Positions 1-9,855 of a DNA stretch of 64,000 nt are shown here, in pieces. Numbering within the stretch: position 1 is the stretch's first letter; every line of letters begins with the position of its first letter. The stretch is from a virus: the IMG/VR virus record IMGVR_UViG_3300028376_000003, positions 32,001 to 96,000 of that record. The stretch is one strand, 5' to 3'. The position numbers and the translations under genes were made by a program. The notes under the pieces are model-generated. The model made no database searches and was not told the DNA's origin. It saw only the letters and a list, made by a program, of their open reading frames with translations.

Positions 1-17
1 ATATACTAAAATATTAA

Positions 18-311
18 TTAGTTTATATATTTATCATATATAAACTCACAAATTAATTTAATTCTTTTATCTTGTCTATGCATATCCATAGCCTCTTGTA
101 CTAATTCTTTAGTAATCAATTTATCTACTTGTTCTATAACTTCATCAATTTCTTTAAAAGCTTTTTCTGAAATCTCTCCTTCTTCCATCATAATATGGGT
201 AATGCCAGATTTTAACATTTTGATAAAATCTTTTTCTGGACTCACTTTATTACCAAAGAAATCTGTATAACCCAACTCCTTACCTTCTAATACTTTTGTA
301 AATTTTTTCAT
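18..311 (-). CDS. hypothetical phage protein (97 aa)
   Basis: ORF with TAATATATA box immediately upstream (316-324 on minus); N-terminus MKKFTKVLE. Confidence 0.7.
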   Translation of the reverse strand: MKKFTKVLEGKELGYTDFFGNKVSPEKDFIKMLKSGITHIMMEEGEISEKAFKEIDEVIEQVDKLITKELVQEAMDMHRQDKRIKLICEFIYDKYIN

Positions 312-341
312 AGATTATATATTATATTGAACCATTTACCC

Positions 342-349
342 TATATTTG
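342..349 (+). promoter_or_regulatory. Bacteroidetes-type -7 promoter element TATATTTG (TAnnTTTG)
   Basis: Same octamer precedes genes at 1568, 6832, 36828, 38408, 50080, 54331, 55605, 57414, 57933, 59928, 63010. Confidence 0.7.
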
Positions 350-365
350 TACAAAAACTAAATAG

Positions 366-968
366 ATGAAACATTTTAAACAAAATATATTTTTTATAAG
401 TGATTTACATTTTTGTCACAAAAAAATATTAGATTTTGACAAGAGACCATTTCCAAACATTGATGATATGAATGAATGTTTAATAAATAACTGGAACTCA
501 GTGGTAAAAGATGGTGATATAGTATACTTTTTAGGTGATTTTAGCTTTAGTGGCACAGCTATAAGAAAAGAAATAGCAGATTCCTTAAATGGTACTATTT
601 ATTTTATACTAGGAAACCACGATAGTTATAAAAACATCTTAAAAACTAATAGATTTGAAGATATAATAAGTTATGGTACTGAGATTTATGTAAAGGATGA
701 AAGTATTGTAGATACTGAAAGAAATGGTGGCTTTCAAATGATTGTATTATCGCATTATCCTATTATAGTATGGAACAAATGCCATGTAGGGTCTTGGATG
801 CTACACGGACATACACATGGGTCTTTATATGCTACACAGAAAGATATTCTATATAGAAGAAAAATTGAAGATGTAGGCTGTAATGTTATTAACTATACAC
901 CAAAATCATATGTTGAAATAAGAGAAATAATGAATAATAGGATAATTACAGAAAATTATAAAAATTAA
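366..968 (+). CDS. calcineurin-like metallophosphoesterase
   Basis: Motifs SDLHF-H, LGD, GNHD, SHYP, HGHTH. Confidence 0.9.
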   Translation: MKHFKQNIFFISDLHFCHKKILDFDKRPFPNIDDMNECLINNWNSVVKDGDIVYFLGDFSFSGTAIRKEIADSLNGTIYFILGNHDSYKNILKTNRFEDIISYGTEIYVKDESIVDTERNGGFQMIVLSHYPIIVWNKCHVGSWMLHGHTHGSLYATQKDILYRRKIEDVGCNVINYTPKSYVEIREIMNNRIITENYKN

Positions 969-1013
969 TATATTTATCATATAAAAACTTTTATATATAA
1001 CTATAAAAAAGTT

Positions 1014-1472
1014 ATGAAGCATTTAAAAACATTTAATGAAAGCGTAGAAAGTGATATAGACACACTATGTGAAAAATTTGGCATAAAGAATTACACAGTA
1101 AATAGCAATGGTAGTATCGATGTAAAAGGCGATGTTAATTTAGCTAATAAAAATTTAGCCAAATTACCAATCACCTTTTCAATGGTCGGTGGGAGTTTCT
1201 ATTGTCAAGACAATAAATTAGAGTCATTAGTTGGGTCTCCTAAAGAGGTTGTAAAGGACTTTGACTGTAGTAAAAATAAATTGAAAAATTTGAAAGGATC
1301 CCCTTCACATGTTCGTGATTTTGATTGTTCATATAATAAATTAGAGACTTTGGTAGGATCTCCTTCACACGCTCGTAATTTCGATTGTAGAAATAATCAG
1401 TTAACTTCATTAAAAGGATTGAATCAAAAACAAATGAAAAAGGTACAATCTGATGGTAATAACATTAAATAA
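1014..1472 (+). CDS. LRR-like repeat protein (20-21 aa repeats L-x-x-L-x-G-S-P...F-D-C-x-x-N)
   Basis: Repeats visible; paralog of 7135-9588 cluster; N-terminus MKHLKTFNES. Confidence 0.8.
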   Translation: MKHLKTFNESVESDIDTLCEKFGIKNYTVNSNGSIDVKGDVNLANKNLAKLPITFSMVGGSFYCQDNKLESLVGSPKEVVKDFDCSKNKLKNLKGSPSHVRDFDCSYNKLETLVGSPSHARNFDCRNNQLTSLKGLNQKQMKKVQSDGNNIK

Positions 1473-1505
1473 AATTTAATTAATTAAGTTCTCTTATCAT
1501 AATAA

Positions 1506-1540
1506 TTTAACCCCATATCTATAAAGAAATATGGGGTTAA
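1506..1540. terminator. intergenic stem-loop, likely terminator
   Basis: TTTAACCCCATAT...ATATGGGGTTAAA inverted repeat after ORF 1014-1472. Confidence 0.6.
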
Positions 1541-1634
1541 ATTATTGCTAGTGTATTATAAATACACTATATTTGCTTATCAAAAAAATAAAACATAATA
1601 ACTAAATTTCAATTTAAAACTGATAAAAATTAAT

Positions 1635-1904
1635 ATGGTTAATATAGAAATGTATATAGAGAAGTGTAAAGATTCAAACAATCACATATTATTCAGTCAG
1701 AATATTATTAGATACAATACTAATAATTTAATGAATATGGATGATGCTAGATTGTTTATAATGTCTTATCTACCTAATAAATTAAAAGATATAGAATATA
1801 GCCTTGTTATTACATCAAATGGTGATGTAGTAAACATTAAGGTTATATTTAACTATAATAAAGGAATAACCAGAGAATGTAAAATAAAAGAGATAGTCGG
1901 ATGA
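1635..1904 (+). CDS. hypothetical protein with C-terminal R-x-x-K-I-x-x-I motif
   Basis: ORF downstream of TATATTTG at 1568; ends TRECKIKEIVG. Confidence 0.6.
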   Translation: MVNIEMYIEKCKDSNNHILFSQNIIRYNTNNLMNMDDARLFIMSYLPNKLKDIEYSLVITSNGDVVNIKVIFNYNKGITRECKIKEIVG

Positions 1905-1920
1905 ATTTAATAGATAGATT

Positions 1921-2268
1921 ATGTGTTATGTATATAAAGTTTCGGATGAGAAAAGACACCAATCTTGTTTATCAGATGAGGTGTATTACAATAATTTAGA
2001 TTGTGATGATGACGCATTTTATAGATTCTTTTATAATGATGATTACTATGATGAACTTACCTATTTAGAAGAATTTAATTATGTAGAGTATGGCAAGCAT
2101 GAAAAAGCTTTAATTAAGGAATATAACATTAATGCAATACAAATAGATTTAAATTCTTTTAAGTCTTTATCAATGGAACGTCAGCGAAAAATGGATATTA
2201 TATTCAAAGGTGAGGTTGGTGTAAAAAGACCAACATTTTCAGATTTACCAAAACAAAAAATTAAATAA
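1921..2268 (+). CDS. hypothetical acidic protein
   Basis: ORF in operon; stop overlaps next start (TAATG). Confidence 0.6.
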   Translation: MCYVYKVSDEKRHQSCLSDEVYYNNLDCDDDAFYRFFYNDDYYDELTYLEEFNYVEYGKHEKALIKEYNINAIQIDLNSFKSLSMERQRKMDIIFKGEVGVKRPTFSDLPKQKIK

Positions 2269-3209
2269 TGAAGATAAAAATATTTGAGGGGAATTGGCAG
2301 AGGAAGGATGTACTTGGTAGTCGTGATATTTTTGTATTTGGTGATAATAACGCTAGGGTTGGGAAAGGTGGACAAGCTGTGATAAGAGGTCTGGATAATA
2401 CCTTTGGAATCAGAACTAAAATAGGACCTAATAATAAGCCACTATCTTTCTATAATGATAAAGATTTAAAATCTAATACTCAAAAAATTGATGATGATGT
2501 ATTAAGATTAAAAAAACTTGCACTAGAGGGAAACACAATCGTATTTTCTAGTGGTGGCTATGGTACTGGGTTGTCAAAGTTACCAGAGGTAGCCCCACAG
2601 ACATTTAACCACCTATGTAATATCTTGTTAAGGCATTTCAAATTTGATAATAGAAAAGGTACTAAATACAATAGAGTTCCTGGTTATGACGAACTTATGG
2701 ATGGTAAGTATTTAAACTTAATAAATAGTAATAAAGAAATAATACAACCTGTAAATAATGGCTTATTTATACCAGAGCATCTGAACGCTAAAATATACAC
2801 AGTAGAAAAGTTAATCCAGACAGAAAGAAAGACTGCATTTACCTCAAAAGTAAAATATAAAGAGGGAGAGGTTTTAAAGATTAAAACGTTCGGAAGCAAT
2901 AAATATATAGTAGCTAGAGTTATTAGTAATTATAGAATGGTTGATATAAGCAGAGAATTGTGGTCATTTTTTGATGGTTATAGACACGAACTACTGAATG
3001 GTGTTAATCTAAATCAATACTATCAAGTTCATTTTGAATACATATCAACTTTATCACAGGATGGGACTATTAACTTTAAAGGGGATTTATTTAGTACTAA
3101 CGCTAGTGAACTAAAAAGCAAAGAATCTAATAAAAATATTAACATAGATTCTGATGATAAAATTAAGAAGTTATTAAAAGAGATAGAAGATTTAAAAAAA
3201 AATGAATGA
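2268..3209 (+). CDS. phage protein with N-terminal macro-like domain (FVFGDN..GKGGQA / GYGTGL)
   Basis: Motifs resemble the macro-fold phage family with IFVFG-N and G-GTG-A/L signatures; C-terminal half unknown. Confidence 0.55.
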   Translation: MKIKIFEGNWQRKDVLGSRDIFVFGDNNARVGKGGQAVIRGLDNTFGIRTKIGPNNKPLSFYNDKDLKSNTQKIDDDVLRLKKLALEGNTIVFSSGGYGTGLSKLPEVAPQTFNHLCNILLRHFKFDNRKGTKYNRVPGYDELMDGKYLNLINSNKEIIQPVNNGLFIPEHLNAKIYTVEKLIQTERKTAFTSKVKYKEGEVLKIKTFGSNKYIVARVISNYRMVDISRELWSFFDGYRHELLNGVNLNQYYQVHFEYISTLSQDGTINFKGDLFSTNASELKSKESNKNINIDSDDKIKKLLKEIEDLKKNE

Positions 3210-3290
3210 TGTTTGTGTAGTTCATTTAACAGAGTTGATATACTAATTAGTTTAGAAAATACCTAGATAACACATATTAAAAATAAAATT

Positions 3291-3869
3291 ATGAGTAATA
3301 TTAAAGAGTGCTTCAGGAATTATAAAATATCTATAATTAATGACAAAACTATTTTAAAGCCTTCCTTGGATAGATTTAATATTCTTAAGGATAAATATAA
3401 TTCTATCGATGAAGAAATAGAAGATTATATAATAACTGGATCAGCTTGCTTATATATTTACGGAGTTATAGACAGACTTCCAAATGATTATGATATAATC
3501 ATTAAAAAAAGTTGTTCGCATAAATATAAAACCTTTGTTCTAAGAGATTGCTATGACAATGATATAGAGGTAAATAGACTAGGATATATTGAAATACCAC
3601 ATAAGCAAAAGGTTGTTAGGGGATTTATATCTAAATTAATAGGTAGAATAAGGGACAAGGAAGAGATATTATTAATTGATATTTTTACGAGAGATGATAA
3701 GCAAATAGGTTGTGAAAATGGTGAGATATGTGGTTATATTCTAGACAACCCACTCAATATAATAAATGAAAAAATAAGGATGGGTGGTTTAAAAAACCAT
3801 CAAGATTTAGGGCATATTTTTGGTGTTGATTACATCCATTTGTTCAGAGATCCTCCTTTTGAGTGTTAA
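3291..3869 (+). CDS. nucleotidyltransferase-like protein
   Basis: ITGSACL...R-PNDYDI (GS + DxD pol-beta-type signature), later IDIF. Confidence 0.6.
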   Translation: MSNIKECFRNYKISIINDKTILKPSLDRFNILKDKYNSIDEEIEDYIITGSACLYIYGVIDRLPNDYDIIIKKSCSHKYKTFVLRDCYDNDIEVNRLGYIEIPHKQKVVRGFISKLIGRIRDKEEILLIDIFTRDDKQIGCENGEICGYILDNPLNIINEKIRMGGLKNHQDLGHIFGVDYIHLFRDPPFEC

Positions 3870-3884
3870 GCAATGTATTGTTTT

Positions 3885-3893
3885 TAATATATA
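3885..3893 (+). promoter_or_regulatory. putative phage late promoter TAATATATA
   Basis: Nonamer recurs just upstream of ~20 genes on both strands. Confidence 0.65.
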
Positions 3894-3913
3894 AGTAAAA
3901 TTAATATCTAATA

Positions 3914-4483
3914 ATGGACAAATTTTCTAGCTTAAAAAAGAAACCTAAAGAAAAGAAAGATAATATTCTCTTTGATAACGAATATATTAAAGTAATTGAT
4001 TACGAAGGTTGGTCTATAATTGAAGAAAAGGATTTAGTTGTCTGTATACCTTATTTCATAGAGTCTAATCAATTTTTAATACGCCATGAGTACATACCGA
4101 CATATAAGTATAGAGAAGGGCAGGAGTACCATATAACAGTCCTTAGTGGTGGTGTAGAAGAGGGGGAGTCTAAAGAAGAAGCAGTGTTAAGAGAATTAGA
4201 AGAAGAAGCTGGTATAATAATAAAAGATGGTTACTTATTTGATGAACTAAAACCACTCTTTATAAATAAAGGTCATACTAATAAATATTATGGCTATATA
4301 ATTCCTTTGAGTGAGAGAGATTATGATGAAGGATTAGCTAGTGGTGATGGTTCTAAGGCTGAGTCTATGAGTAAATCTGTCAAGGTTGATGCTAAATTCG
4401 TAGATTCACTAAATACATCTGATTTGATAACTGACTATATGATTTTAAAGCTTAAAGAGTATTTAAATGTATCTGATTATTAG
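3914..4483 (+). CDS. Nudix hydrolase
   Basis: Nudix box GGVEEGESKEEAVLRELEEEAG. Confidence 0.9.
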   Translation: MDKFSSLKKKPKEKKDNILFDNEYIKVIDYEGWSIIEEKDLVVCIPYFIESNQFLIRHEYIPTYKYREGQEYHITVLSGGVEEGESKEEAVLRELEEEAGIIIKDGYLFDELKPLFINKGHTNKYYGYIIPLSERDYDEGLASGDGSKAESMSKSVKVDAKFVDSLNTSDLITDYMILKLKEYLNVSDY

Positions 4484-5718
4484 CTAATACCTTTCAAGAA
4501 TTCATTAATACCTTGGTTTAGTTCATCATTATTAATTGATGAAGATTCTGGTGCTGATATTTTTAAATCATATGACCAAGAATTTGACATATATTCCTCA
4601 AAAATTTCATCGATATCACGCTGTGTCATATCATTAACATCAAAATCTGATCCCTCTACCCATTCTTGCTTATATGGTACTCTAAAAAATTTATCACTAG
4701 ATTCTTTATTTTCTTTGGTAATAACTTCACCACCTATTGATTCTAAAATCTTTTTTTCAAATGCATTTTCTACTATCTTGAAATAATCAAATTCTAATCT
4801 TCTTAATTCCAAATCTCTAATAGTGTAATTTAAAGATATTATGGTATCATAATTATCAAATACTTCATCTGATGTATTATGGAATCTTTCATTATATAAG
4901 AAGCTTTTAAATTTATCAATAGAATCTATACCTTCTTCTATATTTAGTTCTTTAAACTCATTTTCATAATATGATTCCCATCCATTTTGCTCTTTTAAAA
5001 ATATATCTATTAACAAATAAAAGTTTTCTTGATTTAATAAAGAAAGTAAATCATGTAAATTCATATCATAGTCTCCATAATCTTCATATTCTGTATATCC
5101 ATTATTTAAAATATTCTCATAATCCTCATCATTCACATATTTTATAAGTTCGGTATATGCTATATCCACAAATACATTACCATCTTTCTCATAATCATAT
5201 TTAAAGTCATAATGTTGGAAGAGCTGCTTAGCTGTTATACTCCCTATTAAGTGATCAACTATTGTGATAATACACTCTTTTCCTAAATTAGATCCTGTTC
5301 TTTTATGTATAAATTCATTATTTTCATTAATGAATATCTCATCTACATCAACTATACCATTGTCTATTTTTATATCTATTTCATAACCAGTCTCTGACTT
5401 TGTATAGTTAGCAATAAACTCTATTGCAGATATTAAAGAAACATTATCACTTGATGTGTTTGAATTAGCACTAAACTCCACATCATATACTAGGTAATAT
5501 TCTTCATCTAATCCTATCATTAAGTCTCTTATATGATATTCTTCTCTTAGAAGAGCTGTCTCTATAATATCTTTATTTATATACATATCCCATTCATTAT
5601 CAGTAAAATCTAAGAAAAATTCCTCTATATCTTGTCTTGTGAATTTTTTCGGTATGTCTAATTTGACATTCGCCTCATTTGCCTCTTTTATGAATTCTAT
5701 ATATTTCTTAATGAACAT
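4480..5718 (-). CDS. acidic hypothetical protein, possible internal head protein
   Basis: 412-aa ORF, N-terminus MFIKKYIEFIKE, TAATATATA upstream (5737-5745). Confidence 0.65.
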   Translation of the reverse strand: MFIKKYIEFIKEANEANVKLDIPKKFTRQDIEEFFLDFTDNEWDMYINKDIIETALLREEYHIRDLMIGLDEEYYLVYDVEFSANSNTSSDNVSLISAIEFIANYTKSETGYEIDIKIDNGIVDVDEIFINENNEFIHKRTGSNLGKECIITIVDHLIGSITAKQLFQHYDFKYDYEKDGNVFVDIAYTELIKYVNDEDYENILNNGYTEYEDYGDYDMNLHDLLSLLNQENFYLLIDIFLKEQNGWESYYENEFKELNIEEGIDSIDKFKSFLYNERFHNTSDEVFDNYDTIISLNYTIRDLELRRLEFDYFKIVENAFEKKILESIGGEVITKENKESSDKFFRVPYKQEWVEGSDFDVNDMTQRDIDEIFEEYMSNSWSYDLKISAPESSSINNDELNQGINEFLKGIS

Positions 5719-5744
5719 ATTTATGGTTATTTTTATTATATATT

Positions 5745-5776
5745 AAAAAACCACTATGTGTTCATAGTGGTTTTTA
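5745..5776. terminator. intrinsic terminator (bidirectional form)
   Basis: AAAAAACCACTATG-tgtt-CATAGTGGTTTTTT. Confidence 0.75.
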
Positions 5777-5796
5777 ATACCTGTTCGATTATTAAT

Positions 5797-6663
5797 TTAT
5801 ATTCTATTGAGGAGTTCTTTCTTTTTATTAGAAAATTCTTCTTCTGTTATAACATCACTTTCAAGTAAATTATGTAATTTGTTTATTAATTCTATAACAC
5901 CATCTGAATTTTTTGATTTACCTTTCTTTTTAATTATTTCAATAGGCTTTATACTCTCTGGTAATAGCATAATAGAAACAGAAGATATACAATAGCTTTC
6001 GAAATCCATTTCTACACTTTGAAAGTTTTGATTTGAAACATCACCCCTTTCAACTCTTCCAGTTTCAATACTACTACTTACATCTAATCCAAGAACATCA
6101 CTAGTTAACGTTGAACTATAAAAACTATTATTAGTTAATGTTGAATTAGATGAACTATTATTAGTTAATGTATAATTACCACTATTTAAATTAAAACTCG
6201 TTCCAGTATTAGTAGTGTATGTACACCAAGGATAGGGATGGGTGTAAGTAATTGGGTAGTTCTGATATCCACCATACCAATATTGGTTCAATGGTATGTT
6301 AAATTGCTTCACTTCTTCTTTATAGAAATATACATCAACCACACCATTATTAGAAATAGCTTCTTTGGCTTCTGGTGATTCCCCAATATTATATGTTTCA
6401 AATATAAACTTTTTTAAGTCGTCAATAAAGCAGTCTAAATATACTCTTTGTCCTGGTTTTACAATGAGTCCATTTTCTGAAATAGAAGTCTTATTTATCT
6501 TAATATCTGCTAAGATATTTTCACTTAGCGGATTAAATAATTCTATTTCAAAGTTTTCTTTATTTTTTAGATAAACTTTTCCATTTTTAATCGATTTTCT
6601 TCCTTTGTCTTTAGAAGATACGACCCAAGCATTAGGCTTAGGCTTTAAAATTTGTTTTTTCAT
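5797..6663 (-). CDS. conserved phage protein with C-terminal SHOCT domain
   Basis: C-terminus LHNLLESDVITEEEFSNKKKELLNRI; T/S/N-rich linker. Confidence 0.75.
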   Translation of the reverse strand: MKKQILKPKPNAWVVSSKDKGRKSIKNGKVYLKNKENFEIELFNPLSENILADIKINKTSISENGLIVKPGQRVYLDCFIDDLKKFIFETYNIGESPEAKEAISNNGVVDVYFYKEEVKQFNIPLNQYWYGGYQNYPITYTHPYPWCTYTTNTGTSFNLNSGNYTLTNNSSSNSTLTNNSFYSSTLTSDVLGLDVSSSIETGRVERGDVSNQNFQSVEMDFESYCISSVSIMLLPESIKPIEIIKKKGKSKNSDGVIELINKLHNLLESDVITEEEFSNKKKELLNRI

Positions 6664-6685
6664 AGTTATTCTTTTTATTTTTAAA

Positions 6686-6743
6686 CCTATATCTTTGATT
6701 CTTAATCAAATCTTTAAGACACCATAATGATATCCGACATAAG
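6686..6743 (-). ncRNA. candidate structured 5'-UTR RNA (three-way junction)
   Basis: Minus strand: CUUAUGUC/GAUAUAGG closing helix, GAUAUCA/UGGUGUC and UUUGAUU/AAUCAAA hairpins; G-U pairs form only on the coding strand. Confidence 0.5.
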
Positions 6744-6858
6744 CAGTGAACAGCTAACGTATATATTAATATAAACACCTCCCTTTATATAATTATTATC
6801 TATATTTATTAGGTTTTCATATTATATGTTGTATATTTGTAGTGTAAACTTTTATATT

Positions 6859-7131
6859 ATGGAAAATTTTAAGAGAATAATCGAAGGACATTCAGATGTA
6901 GAGTATGATTTTGAATGTTATGAAAACACTGATGTCATAGAAATTGGGGATGCTTATATATTTTTCTTTGCTGGTATTGCTGATGTCCAAAGATGTTCTA
7001 GTGATACTGAAAAGAATGAAATAAATAAAAATGATAGAATTAAATCAGATACTGTTATAGATTTTGTAACTGGGTTTTGGACAAATTGTTATAAAATAAA
7101 AACAACAAGTTTTGATTTAAGTGATATTTAA
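6859..7131 (+). CDS. hypothetical protein (start moved to MENFK)
   Basis: Track start 6826 overlaps the TATATTTG promoter at 6832; ATG at 6859 more plausible. Confidence 0.6.
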   Translation: MENFKRIIEGHSDVEYDFECYENTDVIEIGDAYIFFFAGIADVQRCSSDTEKNEINKNDRIKSDTVIDFVTGFWTNCYKIKTTSFDLSDI

Positions 7132-7134
7132 TCA

Positions 7135-7929
7135 TTATTCTATTATTTTATAGTGTTTTTTAATACCTTCTAAGTCAGGCATTTTTAAATCATTATCATT
7201 AATTAAAGTTCGAAGCCTATCTAACATAACAGTATCGCCATTTCTAACTATTTCATAATCTATGAAATCTTCTATGAGAAAACTATCTGCGTTTTTGATA
7301 AAGGTAAATATTAAAGAGTTTACTGGATTCCCATCTATGATTATAGGACCATTTACTTCTGGGAAGTATTCCATATCAGTTAATTTATTATTATCGCATC
7401 CAAAATAACCACCTACTGTTTGTGGACCATCCTCTAATGATATTAATTTATTATATGAACAATCAAAGCTACCATCTACTGTTTGTGGACAACCTTTTAA
7501 TAGTTTCAAATAATTATCAGAGCAATTAAAACTACCACTAATCGTTTGTGGACTACCTTCTAATGATACTAACTCATTAAAATAACATTTAAAATCCCCC
7601 TCTACTGTTTGTGGACAACTCTCCAATGACTTTAATCCATTAGAAGAACATTTAAAATCCCCCTCTACTGTTTGTGGACTACCTTCTAACGATTTTAATT
7701 TATTATGATGACAATAAAAATTACCACTCACATAATTAAATTTAAGTGGTAAATATTCTAAGTATCTTCTGTTTAAATATACACCACCATCAACATCAAT
7801 GCTCAAATCATCATTAATAGTATAATCTATTATTTTATACTTTTTACACACTTGTATAACTTCCTCTCTTGTAGTTGGAAATTTAGGACCATTGCTTTCG
7901 AATATCTTATAAGGTTTTATATGTTTCAT
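7135..7929 (-). CDS. LRR-like 21-aa repeat protein, paralog 1
   Basis: Repeats LxSLEGSPQTVxGxFxCxxN; conserved N- and C-caps. Confidence 0.85.
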   Translation of the reverse strand: MKHIKPYKIFESNGPKFPTTREEVIQVCKKYKIIDYTINDDLSIDVDGGVYLNRRYLEYLPLKFNYVSGNFYCHHNKLKSLEGSPQTVEGDFKCSSNGLKSLESCPQTVEGDFKCYFNELVSLEGSPQTISGSFNCSDNYLKLLKGCPQTVDGSFDCSYNKLISLEDGPQTVGGYFGCDNNKLTDMEYFPEVNGPIIIDGNPVNSLIFTFIKNADSFLIEDFIDYEIVRNGDTVMLDRLRTLINDNDLKMPDLEGIKKHYKIIE

Positions 7930-7931
7930 GT

Positions 7932-8663
7932 CTATTCTATTATTTTATATTTTTTTTTAATTTCTTCTAAGTCAGGCATTTCTAAATCGTTATCTCTAAT
8001 GAATGTTTGAAGCCTATCTAACATAACAGTATCTCTATTTCTAACTATTTCATAATCTATAAAATCTTCTATCATAAAGATATCAGCATTTTCAATAAAA
8101 GTATATACTAATAGATTTACTAGATTTGCCCCCATATCTATAGTTCCATTTACTTCTGGGAAATGTTCTAAGTCCTTTAATTCATTACTATAACAATCAA
8201 AATTACCATTTACTGTTTGTGAACCACCCTCTAGTGTTTCTAATTCATTATAGGAACAATCAAAATCACCATCTACTGTTTGTGGACTACCTTCTAATGA
8301 TACTAACTCATTAAAATAACAAATAAAACGCCCACCTACTGTTTGTGGACAACTCTCCAATGACTTTAATCCATTAGAAGAACATTTAAAATCCCCCTCT
8401 ACTGTTTGTGGACTACCTTCTAACGATTTTAATTTATTATCATAACAATAAAAATTACCACTCACATAATTAAATTTAAGTGGTAAGTATTCTAATTTTT
8501 CCTTCTCTAAATATACACTACCATCAACACCAATACTTAAATCATCGTTTATGGTATAATTTTCTATTTCATACTTTTCACACACTTGTATAACTTCCTC
8601 TCTTGTAGTTGGGAAGTTAGGACTTTTATTCTCGAATATTTTATAAGGTTTTATATGTTTCAT
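7932..8663 (-). CDS. LRR-like 21-aa repeat protein, paralog 2
   Basis: As paralog 1, fewer repeats. Confidence 0.85.
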   Translation of the reverse strand: MKHIKPYKIFENKSPNFPTTREEVIQVCEKYEIENYTINDDLSIGVDGSVYLEKEKLEYLPLKFNYVSGNFYCYDNKLKSLEGSPQTVEGDFKCSSNGLKSLESCPQTVGGRFICYFNELVSLEGSPQTVDGDFDCSYNELETLEGGSQTVNGNFDCYSNELKDLEHFPEVNGTIDMGANLVNLLVYTFIENADIFMIEDFIDYEIVRNRDTVMLDRLQTFIRDNDLEMPDLEEIKKKYKIIE

Positions 8664-8664
8664 T

Positions 8665-9588
8665 TTATTCTATTATTTTATATTTTTTTTTAATTTTATC
8701 CAAATTAGGCATCTCTAAATCGTTATCTCTAATGAATGTTTGAAGTCTATCTAACATAACAGTATCTCTGTTTCTAACTATTTCATAGTCTATAAAATCT
8801 TCTATCATAAAAGTATCCGCTTTATTAATAAAAGTGTTTAGTAATAGATGTACTGGATTCCTGTATATATATATTGTTCCATTTACTTCTGATATGTGTT
8901 CTAAATCTTTTAATTTATTAAAAGAACAATTAAAATTACCACCCACTGTCTGTGGGCCACTTTCTAATGTTTTTAAGTTATTTCCACTACAATTAAAATC
9001 CCCCTCTACTTTTTGTGGGCTACCATTCAATGATTTTAATTTTTTATTATAAGAGCAATCAAAATACTTACCTGCTGTTTGTGGACAACCTTCTAATGTT
9101 GTTAATTCATTGCTAGAACAACCAAAACCCCCAGTTACTGTTTGTGGACAACCTTCTAATGATTGTAGTTCATTATGGCTACAATTAAAATTCCCCTCTA
9201 TTGTTTGTGGACAACCTTCTAATGATTGTAGTTCATTATGGCTACAATTAAAATTCCCCTCTATTGTTTGTGGACAACCTTCTAATGATACTAGTTTATT
9301 ATATTCACAATCAAAAACACCACCTACTGTATGTGGACAACCTTCTAATGTCTTTAATTTATTATGAGAACAATCAAAATTACCACTCACATAATTAAAT
9401 TTAAGAGGTAGATATTTTAAGCCTTTTTTATCTAAATATACATAACTACCAACATCAATACTTAAATCATCATTAATGGTATATCTTGTTATATGATACT
9501 TTTCACACACTTGCATAACTTCTTCCCTAGTAGTTGGAAATTTAGGACTATTGCTCTCGAATATTTTATAAGTTTTTATATGTTTCAT
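8665..9588 (-). CDS. LRR-like 21-aa repeat protein, paralog 3
   Basis: As paralog 1, more repeats including an exact 63-bp tandem duplication. Confidence 0.85.
   Translation of the reverse strand: MKHIKTYKIFESNSPKFPTTREEVMQVCEKYHITRYTINDDLSIDVGSYVYLDKKGLKYLPLKFNYVSGNFDCSHNKLKTLEGCPHTVGGVFDCEYNKLVSLEGCPQTIEGNFNCSHNELQSLEGCPQTIEGNFNCSHNELQSLEGCPQTVTGGFGCSSNELTTLEGCPQTAGKYFDCSYNKKLKSLNGSPQKVEGDFNCSGNNLKTLESGPQTVGGNFNCSFNKLKDLEHISEVNGTIYIYRNPVHLLLNTFINKADTFMIEDFIDYEIVRNRDTVMLDRLQTFIRDNDLEMPNLDKIKKKYKIIE
9139..9289. repeat. exact 63-bp intragenic tandem repeat (2 copies plus partial third)
   Basis: 9139-9201 = 9202-9264; encodes CPQTIEGNFNCSHNELQSLEG twice. Confidence 0.9.
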
Positions 9589-9590
9589 GT

Positions 9591-9812
9591 TTATTTGGTT
9601 GTTTTATACAAATCTATTACTTGAGTTGATTTAACAACCTCATCAGGAGCATTCCTTATTTTTGATTCTTTTATATCATGTGAAATCCTAAGTTTTCTTT
9701 TAGTTATTTCCTCTAATATTTTAACTGGTGTTACCATATCATTGTACCAATATTCAATCAGTACAATGTCTCCAACTTTATAGAATGATTTGTATTCTAA
9801 GATATATTTCAT
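9591..9812 (-). CDS. small hypothetical protein (possible SH3-like fold)
   Basis: YKVGDIVLI motif; first gene of the LRR operon. Confidence 0.65.
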   Translation of the reverse strand: MKYILEYKSFYKVGDIVLIEYWYNDMVTPVKILEEITKRKLRISHDIKESKIRNAPDEVVKSTQVIDLYKTTK

Positions 9813-9826
9813 GTACTATATATAAA

Positions 9827-9851
9827 AATCCCAATACAATGATTGGGATTT
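9827..9851. terminator. stem-loop after phoH
   Basis: AAATCCCAAT...ATTGGGATTT inverted repeat. Confidence 0.5.
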
Positions 9852-9855
9852 CCTA

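Noticed and set aside
7135-9588. Diversity-generating retroelement or CRISPR array in the repeat cluster
   Set aside because: Repeats are in-frame 63-bp coding units with no unique spacers; no reverse transcriptase or cas genes; differences are not adenine-specific.
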